From positions 18,290,001-18,354,000 of the forward strand of contig OX597839.1 of assembly GCA_951406725.2 (NCBI GenBank): a stretch of 64,000 nucleotides of DNA, given 5' to 3'. Below are positions 23,975-37,408 of this stretch, piece after piece. Within the stretch, counting starts at the first letter, position 1; each line of letters starts with the position of its first letter. The notes beneath the pieces are model-generated. The model was not told the origin of the DNA, searched no databases, and saw only the letters and a program-made list of their open reading frames with translations. A program made the translations under genes and the position numbers. The DNA is from Octopus vulgaris (taxonomy: Eukaryota).

Positions 23975-24413
23975 GGATCTTTTCGGTTTGAACGGCAGTT
24001 TTTTATAGCAGTGTCATATGAAATTGTCACCCATAATTATGACCCTAGTATCGATCAATTGCATTTCAATCTGTTTTAGGGTTAGGGTTAGAGTTAGGGT
24101 TAGTTAGGGTTAGGGGTAGGGGAAGGGTATCTTTTTTTCTTCAGAAATGTAAATAAACCCAATCTGTTTCTTAAACGAGGGACATATTCATACGGCACAG
24201 AATGTTTTCACCTCAATAGACGTCATTGATTGGTTGAAATTGCAGAAATTGAAGAAAAAAAACAACAAATATCTTACAAGCTATAGAATTTTCTCAAGAA
24301 AGCCAAGAGAAAAAGATGTTTTATAAACACATTCTACCAGTATACGAAGTTTAAAAGTGTTTAGTTACGTGGAAATTATTAAAAAATAACTGCCGTTCAA
24401 ACCGAAAAGATCC
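23975..24413 (+). mobile_element. Non-autonomous DNA transposon (Merlin-like MITE) with internal TTAGGG repeats
   Basis: TIR GGATCTTTTCGGTTTGAACGGCAGTT with perfect 8-bp TSD CACCTTCC. Confidence 0.9.
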
Positions 24414-24980
24414 CACCTTCCTTTTGGCTCATCTCTAGGTAAGACTGTCTACCCTGTTCCTCCCCTTGTCCCAGTTCCGGTCCATCTGCAGACCGTGAGT
24501 GAACCAGATCCAGACCAGTTTAACTTCGTCTGCCCAGCATTCCATAACCGATGACATGGACCTGTTTTTCTAGGTGCCGAGCTGCACACCCTGATTTAAA
24601 ATCTGAAAAATAAGATGGGATGGTCACCTTTGACCATTAGTTGATGCAATCTAGGTTGAACTGACACTAAACAACAACGATAACTACTATAAACACAATC
24701 TGAGTTTTTGAATTCATTTTCAAATACTTTTCTGCACTCTGAGTGTGCGTGTAAGACAAAGTGGGCGTGTCTGACATAAATATAGAAATTAGGTCAATAT
24801 ATTTCAAAATCTTGTACTATAATAATACTCTTGGGTTTTTTTTCTCCGTCATAACATATGAATGAGAAAGGAAGGGCTGACTGATGAATAAGGAAGAAAG
24901 GGGTGATGGCAAATTTATAGTTTCAACTCTGTGTGAGTATATGTGTGTGTATGTAAAAGGGAGGTATGTGCATATTTGTT

Positions 24981-25035
<55 letters not shown>

Positions 25036-25100
25036 GTATGTGCGTGCGTGCGTATCATGGAAGTGGGAGTGGTGAACATTCAACGCTGAAAAGAAAAATA

Positions 25101-25658
25101 GGATCTTTTCGGTTTGAACGGCAGTTTTTAACATAATTTCTAGGTAACTAAAAAAATTTTAAACTTCGTATACTAGTAGAATGTGTTTATAAAACATCTT
25201 TTTTTCTTGGCTTTATTGAGAAAATTCTATAGTTTGTAAGATATTTGTTGTTGTTTTTCTTCAATTTCTGCAATTTCAACCAATCAGTGAGGTCCACTGA
25301 GGTAAAACAAATATTCTGTGTCGTATGAATATGCCCCTCGTTTAAGAAACAGATTGGGTTTATTTACATTTGTGAAGAAAAAAAGATACCCTTCCCCCCA
25401 CCCCTAACCCTAAATCTAAAATAGATTGAAATGCAATAGATCGATACTAGGGTCATAATAATTAACTCAATAGACGCCAGTGATTGGTTGAAATTGCAGA
25501 AATTGAAGAAATTAAAGATCTTACAAACTATAGAATTTCCTCAAGAAAGCCAAGAGAAAAATATGTTTTATAAACACATTCTACCAGTATACGAAGTTTA
25601 ACAGTTTTTAGTTACCTAGAAATTATGTTAAAAACTGCCGTTCAAACCGAAAAGATCT
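25101..25658. mobile_element. Rearranged Merlin-like MITE carrying the same end twice
   Basis: Both arms derive from the same end of the family. TSD gaaaaata/gaaaaatc. Confidence 0.8.
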
Positions 25659-25945
25659 GAAAAATCAAACAGCCTTTCAACAATGTGTGAGTATATGTGT
25701 GTATGTGTGTGCGTGTACAAGGGAAGTATGTGAATGTTTGTATGTGTGAACCAGCATTTTTTCAGTAACAAACGATGATCGATGTCACGTCTCAAAAGAC
25801 AACCACTAGATAACATTGACGAGTGTATCAATTTGATTTACTATCCATATTAATATATAAAATACTACAACTTGGCTGTCATTTTTGACGGTACGGGGTC
25901 AGCTAGTATATAAAGAAAAGACAAATATTTAATTTTGTTTCGTCA

Positions 25946-26316
25946 TTACCTCCGACAAGGAAGGAGGTTGTTTTCATCGGCGATGGTATGTCCGTCTGTG
26001 TGCAAAATAACTCAAAAAGCCATGAACGGTATTTGATGAAACTTGCAGGAAAAGTTGGTAATGACACAAGGAACAGATGATGAAATTTTGGTAGTGATTC
26101 GGGAATTTTTATGGATTCTTGAAGGATTTTTCATTTGTTATATTTACTTTATATGAAGTATTAGTTACGTTCTTTGATTATCTCCCTTGAAAACACGTTC
26201 ATCGTTTCCACATAACTTATGGTGGCGTTGCTGTTTCCAAAGTTTATTTTCACTTCTCTACTAGTAATTTTACTCGCGTATCTATCTTAAAATGAGCTGC
26301 CTGGTGGAGGTCTGCA
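25946..26316 (+). mobile_element. Helentron-associated (HINE-like) element
   Basis: 5' TT-ACCTCCGACAAGG subterminal repeat with its inverted partner CCTGGTGGAGGT near the 3' end. Confidence 0.6.
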
Positions 26317-26523
26317 GAGGATGACATGACAAGCCTTGACTATTGGGATCGACTCAAAAAGGTTCAGGCGGTACCCCAGCATGGCCGCAGTCAAATGACT
26401 GAAACAAGCAAAAGACTAAAAGAATATATAAGATGGGTTTCTTTCAGTTTCCATTTATCAAATCCACTCACAAGGCCCTGGCCGGCCCCGGCGAGCTATA
26501 GAAGAAGACACTTCTTCAAGGTA

Positions 26524-26741
26524 CAGGGTGCGGCAGAAATACCTCCCACATATTAAACTTTCACTTATGTGTCGCTAATGAACTTATGCACATGCCAATG
26601 ATGTTTTTTTTTTTCATTTAGTTAATGAACAAAAACTGTAGCCCTTTGTTTAAACAACAGTAAAATTAATTTTTCATAAATATTGTTTCTTTTTCCTTTT
26701 ATCAACCTTTCAAATGTGGAAGGTATTTCTGCCGCACCCTG
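26524..26741. mobile_element. Tc1/mariner-type MITE nested in a SINE
   Basis: TA|CAGGGTGCGGCAGAAATACCT...AGGTATTTCTGCCGCACCCTG|TA. Confidence 0.85.
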
Positions 26742-27077
26742 TACAACTGAACCCGGAATCATGTAGATGGCGGAGAGCAAATGTCTTACAACAAAGGCAC
26801 GTTCTGAATAGCTGAATATTTTAATAACTATGAAACCGATAAATAGGTTGTATTTCTCTAAATCTCATTGCCTATTGAAATGTCTTGACCTTGCAATAAA
26901 ACACTTAGATTTAGTATTTATAATAACATCTGAAAGAATTAACTGAAGTGTCGGTATTTAACCATTCGGCAAACTAGTCAGATAAGAAACCAACAATATG
27001 GCTAACCGGATTCAGCCGCTGGAATGTTGTCGGTTCATGAGAACTTTTGTTTAACTAATCTGATTTAGCTTCTTCAG

Positions 27078-27078
27078 A

Positions 27079-27152
<74 letters not shown>

Positions 27153-27153
27153 C

Positions 27154-27232
<79 letters not shown>

Positions 27233-27304
27233 CTTGTCTGTCTATCTATCTACTTGTCTATCTATGTATTTGCATGTATGTATGTACGTGTGTGTGTGTG
27301 TGTG

Positions 27305-27345
<41 letters not shown>
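27078..27345. repeat. (TCTA)n and (TG)n microsatellites
   Basis: Direct reading. Confidence 0.95.
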
Positions 27346-27346
<1 letters not shown>

Positions 27347-27564
27347 CAAATCAAAACTTGAAAAAAAACCCCGAAAAAACAACAAAATTCAAATAAAAGT
27401 ACGCGGGTCTGAATTACAGGAAATTGAGAAAATCTAAGAATTCCGTAGTTTTCTACATGAGCAATAAAGTTTCTTCGGTTCTTTCCATGTTATTTGAATT
27501 AACATGAAAACTATTTTATCGTAGTCATTCATGAGCTTGTTTTTTGTTGTTGTTTTCTTTTGTA

Positions 27565-28131
27565 TTGGGTTGTCCGGAAAGTTTGTGCCGATTTTTAAAG
27601 GAAAGAAAAAGGTCAATAAATACTTGCCATTACATTTTTTAATCAACCAAATATGAACCATTTTGTTGCAGAATGCGTCTCCATCTTTCCATTAACTTGA
27701 AAATACCCTCTTCCCAGAATCGAGGTGGTTTCATGGCAAAGAATTCATCAAGGTATCTTTTTACGTCATCCAAGGAATTGAAATTTTTACCATTAAGACT
27801 ATTCTGCAGACACCTGAATAAGTGGAAATCCGAAAGAGCAATATCTGGTGAATATGGAAGGTGGGGTAACACATCCCAGCTGAGCTGCAGCAATTTTTGT
27901 CTGGTTCCCAAAACGTCAAGTGCCGAAAATGAACTTTCTTATCTTCCATTTTAAAGGGTTACATAATTAACACAGGTTATAGGAACAGAAACCTTCTTCC
28001 ACGAAAATATAGCTTAAACTGTATTCTAAATGGAGGTACAGTCAAATCTTATTTTATGGACTCAACCATGTTCTAAAACAAGTCGAAAGGTATGCTACTA
28101 TAAATCGGCACGAACTTTCCGGACAACCCAG
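27565..28131 (-). mobile_element. Internally deleted mariner transposon
   Basis: TA-flanked TIRs TTGGGTTGTCCGGAAAGTT(T/C)GTGCCGATTT. The N-terminal MEDKKVHFRHL is fused to the C-terminal LPHLPYSPDIALSDFHLF...FWEEGIFKLMERW. Confidence 0.9.
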
Positions 28132-28194
28132 TAGTTCTATTTTCCCTTTTGTTAATCATTTTCAAAATTTGATTAAATCTTACCTCTTTTTCAG

Positions 28195-28535
28195 ACATGT
28201 GACGATAGAATGTCAAATAGAAAAGAATGAGCAGTTTCGACACCCGCATCTCTTTGGGTTCAAATCAAGGTTCCGAAACTGCCAAAGCTGCACTGTGTAT
28301 GGAGAAGGCATCATTACTGAAAGAACTGCACAGAAATGGTTTCCACGCTTCAAGAAAGGGAAATTCGATCTCACATACTCCTTGTTCCAGACTACCTGTT
28401 CAGTCCGAGGAAGATCGACTGAACGAGCTTATTATTCATGAGGATCTGCACCAATCCACTAAAATATTGGTCCGGCAGAAGGGTTGCTTTTTGATACTGT
28501 CGCTCGTCACCTTCACCAAATGGGTAAGGTCCATA
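28195..28535 (+). pseudogene. Mariner transposase N-terminal (HTH) remnant
   Basis: EKNEQFRH...CTVYGEGIITERTAQKWFPRFKKGKFDL, frameshifted. Confidence 0.75.
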
Positions 28536-28856
28536 TGACCCTACCGGCGACACAACAATGCTTGTCGCTTATCTCAGGTGTTTGTGTGCGTGCAGGTGTG
28601 TTTGCGTATTTATATATACAGTATCAGACCCCTTGTCCGGAATGTCCACAAATCCGGAAATACTGTGCAATATACTGTCCTCTCAAAACACCCTGGTTTC
28701 TTGAGGTCGGCTAATTTGCATAGTGTGTTAAAAATACTTTGGCACGTCACTTTTTTAACTGAATAAATATTTAAACAATTGAAGCGTGGAAGGTGTTTAT
28801 AAGCCATTTAAGAAACACACAAAAACCGTTGGATTCACTTCAACATTTAAATTTAA

Positions 28857-28907
28857 TTTGTCAAAATATTTTCGTCGCTTTGAGACCGCGACCTGTTCAC
28901 TGACAAA
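28857..28907 (-). ncRNA. Minimal type I hammerhead-ribozyme-like motif, G3:C8 core variant (copy 1)
   Basis: TTTGTCA-GTGAACA-G-GTCGC-ggtctcaaa-GCGAC-GAA-AATATT-T-TGACAAA: 7-bp stem I, 5-bp stem II, palindromic stem III. Confidence 0.55.
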
Positions 28908-28923
28908 ATTCCATGTTGCATCA

Positions 28924-28961
<38 letters not shown>

Positions 28962-28964
28962 TGA

Positions 28965-29022
<58 letters not shown>

Positions 29023-29247
29023 TACTGGGCTTACAAAGAATAAGTCCCGGGGTCGATTTGCTCGACTAAAGGCGGTGCTCCAGCATGGCCGCAGTCAAAT
29101 GACTGAAACAAGTAAAAGAGTAAAAGAGTAAAGAGTATATATATATATACATATATACATATATGACAATTGAAACGTGGATGGTGTTTATAAGCCATTT
29201 AAGAAACACACAAAAACCGTTAGATTCACTTCAACATTTAAATTTAA

Positions 29248-29298
29248 TTTGTCAAAATATTTTCGTCGCTTTAAGACCGCGACCTGTTCACTGACAAA
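29248..29298 (-). ncRNA. Minimal type I hammerhead-ribozyme-like motif, G3:C8 core variant (copy 2)
   Basis: Direct repeat 391 nt from copy 1. The motif differs only at one stem II loop position. Confidence 0.55.
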
Positions 29299-30179
29299 AT
29301 TCCGTGCTGCATCTCTTTTAAATATACTTTGCTTTAGACTTGTATTCCTTTGTATCTGTATCTGTTAAATAAAACCACCTTCTCTGCTTTTTTCTTTGAA
29401 TTTTCATCCTATAAACACTATACACTGTATATATGGCAGAGTATGATATATTTGAAGAATTTTAAGTGGATTAATAAATATCAAACATACCCTACTTTAG
29501 AAGTGTATCAATTTGAATCTGTTAAATACAATTTAGTTATTTCCAGAAAACCGGAAATCCAGAAATCTGGGACACTTCCGATGCAAAGTTTGCCGAATAA
29601 TTTATCTACATAGTACTGTAGTAAGCTAATTTTTGTCACACACAAGTGTTCTTTTATTCATTTCTGGAAGTTTTACTTACTGAAATGTGTAATAGACCGA
29701 AATAAATTTAATTTGTTGTACTTTTAAAGATGTTCTCAAAGATAACGTGAAATATTGAACTTCAGATAGAATTAAGTAAAGTATAGCTACGAATAAAAGG
29801 GGCGTAGATTACGAATTTTGATTGAAGGGATGGGGCCTCGAAACAAAAAGTTGCAAGAGCCTCTAAAGGTCATGCGACTGGGCTGACGACGGACATGGAA
29901 GACTCTACGAGGAGCTTGCTCTCCGCTGGAATAGCTTTTAGAGCCATTGAGGCACACAGACCTCCATACTACAAGAAGAAGAATCGGGCTTTTTGGTTAC
30001 TGGCTTTAAATTAAACGTTATCTGTCACTGCATTGAATAAAGTAATACTAGAAGAGTGGGACAAAATGATAAGAACGTTATGTCTGGAATACTATTGATC
30101 ATAAACAAATAGGTCTGCTTATCATCCACTTCATCAACAATGATATTAAAAAAAAGTCTACCGTCACACCATTGAAAAC

Positions 30180-30675
30180 GTCATCGTCGTCGTCGTCGTG
30201 ATTAACATCATCATCATCATATTCATCATCATCATCATCATCATCAGCATCAGCAGCAGCATGGGTAACAGCAGCAGCCGCAGCAACAACAACAAAAGCA
30301 ATTATTATCACAATCGTCGTTTTATCGTTCTCGTCGTCTTCTTCATCATCGTCGTGCCGTCGTCGTCGTCGTCATCAACAACAACAAAAACAACCACTGA
30401 CATCATCATCATCATCATCATCAAAAGCAACAACAAAGGCAATCATCTACACCATCCTTATCATCACCATCATCGTCGTCATCATCATCATCATCATCAT
30501 CAACACTCAATATAATGACCATCGACAGCAACAATAGCAAAAACACTCACCACCACCACCACCACCACCATCATCATCACCACCATCACCACCACCATCA
30601 TCATCACCACCATCACCACCACCACCACCACCACCACCATCACCACCATCACCACCACTACCACCACCACCACCA
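30180..30675. repeat. Compound trinucleotide repeats (CAT/CGT/CAC/CAA)
   Basis: Direct reading. Explains the poly-His, poly-Ile and poly-Val ORFs. Confidence 0.9.
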
Positions 30676-32869
30676 GCTGTTGCAACTGCAGCTCATTCTT
30701 CTTCTTCTTGTAAACGCCAGTCTAATCTTGATGGCCCATAAGCAAATGATTTACTGTCAATTCGTCTCAATTTCTCTCTAACCGCAAACTCTTGTTAGAC
30801 AAATGGATAAAGGCATTTTCTAAAACAAAACAAAACGAATAAACAAAACAAAACAAAACAAACAACATAAATCGCTATTAAATGACAGCAATTCGCCACT
30901 TCCACCGTCACCGCCACAATTTGCTTTGCATAAGCTGACCCACGCAATCTTCTCGGCTCCGACTTCACTTCCCCCCACCTAAGTTTGGTTAACGATAAAC
31001 ATGAACATTCTGATAGTATTAACAGCGGACTGACAGGTACAAAAGCCTATATATATATGTGTGTGTATGTGTGTCTGTGTGTGTGTGTGTGTGTATTTTT
31101 GTGTGTGTGTTTTTGTGTGTGTCTGTGTTTGTCCCCTCGCCATCACTTGACAACCGATGCTAGTGTGTTTATATACCCCGTAACTTAGCAGTTCAGCAAA
31201 GAGACCGACAGAATAAGTACTAGGCTTACAAAGAATAAGTCCTGGGTGTCGATTTCTTCGACTAAAACCATGTATGTATGTCGATCACTGGGAGTGGATG
31301 GTACCTACGCAATGAAGCGGTAAGGGCCGATCTCAGGCTGTTGGGCCATGACAATGGACCAAGATGTCTGGCGATATGAGGTTCGTGAGAAGACTCGCCC
31401 AAGTCAGCAAAACTGAGTTCTAGAAGCGCTGTGTGTCCCACCCACACATAACAAGAAAACTTCTCACACACCCTACCCCAACAAACCAGTATAGATCTCT
31501 ACATCTTTTCCTCACATTTCCTCCTTCATGCACTATGCCTACCTCTCACTCCCCAATCCTGTCCTCACGACCCTGTTTTTTTAATCATTGCTATCCGGCA
31601 GCCCCCACCTCTATATATCCAGGTTTTCACCACTCACTTTCCCTCTTACTCACTAATCACGCTTCTTCAGCAATATCTTGCCACTTGCCACCATCTATAT
31701 CTCTCTCTGCCTCTACTCGACCATCCCATTTATATTCTGATCTCCTTCCTCTGTGAGTGTGCCCGGCACTATGCTTCTATCTCTGCCCTGATGTCTCCCA
31801 CTCTCTCTCTCTCCTTTCCATGCACTCCCCTCAGGTTGGTTAACCATGTATCTCCTTTGTGGCAGCACACATGTTTCTGCTCTCATTCCTGATCTCTCTC
31901 TCTCTCTCTCTCTGTCTTTCTCTGGCGGGTAACCTTGTACCTCCTCTACAGCAAGATACCTGTCTTACTATAACCTTTTCTCATCTGACACAAGATCACC
32001 TCCTCTAATGGCGCCTCCCCTCTTAAAGGATTTTTATCTTGCAAGTTACTTGGTGACCCTGCCAATGTTGGTACCACATAAAAAGCACCCAGTCCATCCA
32101 GTAAAGTGGTTGGCATTTGGAAGGGCATCCAGCTGTAAAAACCTTGCCAAAACTGATCTCGCCTGTGCTTGTGCCAAGTAAAAGTCCACTCTGTTGGATG
32201 GTTGGTATTAGGAAGGGCATCCAGCTACCAAAATCCTGTCAAAACAGTCACAAAAGTCTGGTGCAGCCTTCTGTCTGGCCAGCTTCTGTCAAACCGTCCT
32301 ACCCATGCCAGTGTGGAAGGCAGACGTTAAAAAATGATGATGATGATGATATACTGTTCCGATTCACAGGAACAACAAAATATGTATTACATCCAGTAAG
32401 AGATAAATACTATTCAGGATTCAAATGCGAGCTACTCAAAGTTTCATACCTCTGAAAATATAAATGTCAGACAAGTTTGTGAGTGTATATAACTAATATA
32501 TATACACTAGACTTACTACCCAGCCTTGCGCGGTAAAGTATTCACGGAATTGTTTGTCAGTTTGTAGAATGGGAATTCACGGTACTTATGCCTGTATATA
32601 TATACATATCTAACCTAACTTCTGGACTTATTTAATTGGAGCTGTCCAAACAATAGAAATCAATTTACATAAGTGGAAGCTTCTTAACAGTTTTTATCCT
32701 GAAAATCACCTGTTACTTTTGTTTTAAAGTGAAAGAGGGGAGAAAGCGGAAGATGTATAAATATGTATATGAAATGGACGTGTGTGACAGAGAGAGAGAG
32801 AGAGAGAGAGAGAGTGCCACTTACACATACATGAGAACACAAACATTTGCTCACACACACATACACACA

Positions 32870-32908
<39 letters not shown>

Positions 32909-33599
32909 ACACACACACATGTACACGTACATACAAAAAGGATGTACTCACATGTATGACAACACATCGCTTCACTCTCACTTTCTCTCTCACTTCCTTT
33001 CTTTCTTCCTCTCTCTCTCTTCCCCTCTTCCTCTCTCTCTCTCTCTCTTTCTCTCTTTCACACACACACACGTCCATACATTTTTCACTTTCTCCTCTCT
33101 ACCACTTCAAAACAAAAGTAAATAAATACCAAATTTTACGGAAATTTACGAACTCTGGATGATGAAATCACATTCAGTTAAAGATTTTTTTAAATGATTA
33201 AAATATTGTGTACGTCAAAAAGTCAATGGTTTCTTTTTTTCTTAGAGAGCGCGAAGACAATGTGTGTGTATATGTCACTGATAGCAAACGTGTGTTTGTG
33301 TTGATTGAGACGCCATGATATTCATTATGTGTGTGTGTGTATTCTGTATGTGTGTATGTGTGTCGACTTCATGGAAGCCATGTATTTTTTTCATCAAGAA
33401 ATAGCAAAAACTGTGCTAAATCATTTAAATAAAGGTCCAAATGTCACAAAAATTTGTACTGCACTGCCAAAAGTAAGTATGAAAATAAATCCTTTAAAAA
33501 AAGAAAAAGATAAAATATACTATTTCTGAGATATTTCAGTTACACTTAAACGTCCTGAGAGTTTAAGGATTACCAAGATATATATATATACATATATAC

Positions 33600-33660
<61 letters not shown>

Positions 33661-33835
33661 CATATGTGAATCATTGGCGATTTTTCTCTCCGTCCTGAAA
33701 AGGAGCTTTGCTCGAAACGTTAAACCATCTTTCTTTCCTTCCCTGAGCGTCTGCTAATGCTATACATGTACCACGTCCTCGCGTTGTATATTTTGTGTTT
33801 GTTCTTCCTGTTTTTTGGGGGGTGCCGGGGTGATT

Positions 33836-33900
<65 letters not shown>

Positions 33901-33904
33901 TAGG

Positions 33905-33960
<56 letters not shown>

Positions 33961-34645
33961 CGCTTGCTTGGTACATAAAAGCACATGCATAGATCATAGC
34001 AGACGAGAATTGTCTGTCATGGGCGCCTGAACTCCCACATCACTTTCATGTCACGTGATTTCATTTTATTAGAAATCATCAGGGGGGGGGGGCATTTAGT
34101 CTCTGCATTTAGACCTCCTTGCCACGATATATAAAATATCAGCATGTATATACATATATATACACAGACATCTAAAGAGTAAAGAGGCGTCACCATTTTT
34201 GAAAGATGTCTGTATAAATATGTGTGTATAAATATAACTTGTGTGTGTGTGTCTGTGTGTATGTCTATGTGTAACTTTGTGTTTGCTCGTCTCCCACTGC
34301 TTGACTAACAGTGTTGGTTTGTTTATGTCTCTGCAACTTAGCAAAACTGAGACAAGCAGAGTAAATACCTATTTCTTTACTACCCACAAGGGGATGAAAG
34401 GCAAAGTCGACCTCGGCGGAATTTGAACTCAGAACGTAGCAGCAGACGAAATACCTATTTCTTTATTACCTACAAGGGGCTAAACACAGAAGGGGCAAAC
34501 AAGGACAGACAAACGGATTATGTCGATTACATCGACTCCAGTGTGTAACTGGTACTTACTTAGTCGACCCCGAAAGGATGAAAGGCAAAGTCAACCTCAC
34601 CGGAATTTGAACTCAGAACGTAACGGCAGACGAAATACCTATTTG

Positions 34646-34902
34646 GGATCTTTTCGCTTTGACCGGCTTGTTGACAACGCTCCGGAGAAATAGTTTTCAC
34701 CTCAATATACGTCATTGATTGGTTGAAATTGCCGAAATGCAAGAAAATAAACAACAAATATCTTACAAACTACAGAATTTTCTCAAGAAAGCCAAGAGAA
34801 AAAGATGTTTTATAAACACATTCTACCAGTATACGAAGTTTAAAATTTTCTTGTTACAAAGAAATTATTAAAAAAAATCTGCCGGTCAAAGCGAAAAGAT
34901 CC
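34646..34902 (+). mobile_element. Short Merlin-like MITE variant inserted in a tandem SINE array
   Basis: Variant TIR GGATCTTTTCGCTTTGACCGGC, TSD cctatttg/cctatttc. Confidence 0.8.
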
Positions 34903-35464
34903 CCTATTTCTTTACTACCCACAAGGGGCTAAACACAGAGAGGACAAACAAGGACAGAGAAACGGATTAAGTCGATTACATCGACCCCAGTGCGTAACTG
35001 GTACTTAATTTATCGACCCCGAAAGGATGAAAGGCAAAGTCGACCTCGGCGGAATTTGAACTCAGAACGTAGCGGCAGACGAAATACGGCTATGCATTTC
35101 GCCCGGCGTGCTAACGATTCTGCCAGCTCGCCGCCTTTGCAGAGTAAATACCAGACATAAAAATAGGTCCTGGGGTCAAGTTGTTTAAGTAAACTTTTCA
35201 AAGTAGTCCTCCAGCACGGTCGCAGTCTAACATTTGAAACAAAATCAAACATAAAAGAGAAGAGTAAGAGAGAGAGAGACAGACAGGCAGGCAGGCAGAC
35301 CAACAGCAGAAATAGATCGAGCGATAGGGTTGTTGTTTATCTGACAGCTCCAACATTATAGCTCGGAGTGATGGTCACGTGACAGAAGTATTGTTGCCAG
35401 CTGAACAAGAGCAATGAGCCATTGATCTCTTAAACTGAAATTTGAGCCATAGGATCAAAAGGAG

Positions 35465-35499
<35 letters not shown>

Positions 35500-35702
35500 C
35501 GGAGGGAGTAGGGGATTATGTATGGAACACTCTAATGGTTTCTGCTGTAATATAAATACAATAGAAAACAAATAAAAAAAAAAGTACCAAGGTTACACAG
35601 AATAAGTCATGCGGTCGATTTGTTTGGCTAAAAGCTGTGCTCCAGTATGGCCACAGTCAAATGACCGAAACAATTATAAGAATAAAAAGAAAGAAAAACT
35701 TA

Positions 35703-36140
35703 GGATCTTTTCGGTTTGACCGGCAGTTTTTTAAAATAATTTCCATGTAACTAAACACTTTTAAACTTCGTATTCTGGTAGAATGTGTTTATAAAACATC
35801 TTTTTCTCTTTGGCTTTATTGAGAAAATTCTATAGTTTGTAGGATATTTGTTGTTTATTTTCTTGCATTTCTGCAATTTCAACCAATCAATGACGTCTAT
35901 TGAGGTGAAAACATTCTGTGCCGTATGAATATGTCCCTCGTTTAAGAAACAGATAGGGTTTATTTACATTTGTGAAGATAAAAAAATACCCTTCCCTCCA
36001 CCCCTAACCCTAACTAACCCTAACTCTAACCCTAACCCTAAAACAGATTGAAAAGCAATAGATCGATACTAGGGTCATAATTATGGGTGACAATTTCATG
36101 ACACCGCTATAAAAAACTGCCGTTGAAACCGAAAAGATCC
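35703..36140 (-). mobile_element. Merlin-like MITE copy
   Basis: TIRs and TSD AAAACTTA. Confidence 0.9.
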
Positions 36141-36337
36141 AAAACTTATCTTATCAGTCTCTTTTGTTGAACCGCTAAGTTATGGGGAATGCAAACATAT
36201 TATTTACTTAATAAAAAATTATTTTAGATAAAAATAAAAGATTTAAAAATTTATTGTTTTTGTCGGGAAGGTCATTTTAAAAATGTTTTCTTGCCAAATA
36301 AGCACACACACCATCCGTTTGTTCTTCACTCGTTTAT

Positions 36338-36735
36338 GGATCTTTTCGGTTTGAACGGCAGTTTTTTCTAGCGGTGTCATATGAAATTGTCACCCATAAT
36401 TATGACCCTAGTATCGATCTATTGCATTTCAATCTATTTTAGGGTTAGGGTATCTTTTTTTTCTTCACAAATGTAAATAAACCCAATCTGTTTCTTAAAC
36501 GAGGGACATATTCATACGGCACAGAATGTTTTTTACCACAATAGACGTCATTGATTGGTTGAAATTGCAGAAATTGAAGAAAAAAACAACAAATATCTAA
36601 CAAACTATAGAATTTTCTCAATAAAGCCAAGAGAAAAAGATGTTTTATAAACACATTCTACCAGTATATGAAGTTTAAAATTTTTTAGTTACCTAGAAAT
36701 TACGTTAAAAACTGCCGTTCAAACCGAAAAGATCC
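36338..36735 (+). mobile_element. Merlin-like MITE copy
   Basis: TIRs; TSD 6/8 match (tcgtttat/ccgtatat). Confidence 0.85.
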
Positions 36736-36984
36736 CCGTATATTACTGTTCTTATTCTAACTCATGTCCATTGTCGGGAATTCTTTCGTCACACATCTGT
36801 GACCTCGTCAGCGATACCGTCCGTCTTCGTGTGTGCTCTTGCTCTGCTTAGCCCTTTCAAAATTTATAAAATGCATCAAATCCGTGAATAGTTTCTGCGG
36901 GGGAGGGGGTAACAAAAATGTAAAAACAAAAGAAATAAAATGTCGACTTTTACAGTTCTATATTTAAGAGATGAGGAATTATGT

Positions 36985-37408
<424 letters not shown>

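Noticed and set aside
24074-24122. TTAGGG tracts as a true telomere or chromosome-fusion site
   Set aside because: Short, and always internal to the TIR/TSD-bounded MITE.
35374-35383. GTCACGTGAC CLEAR/E-box palindrome
   Set aside because: A single 10-mer 14 kb from the gene. A similar motif occurs in a repeat near 11342, so it is probably repeat-derived.
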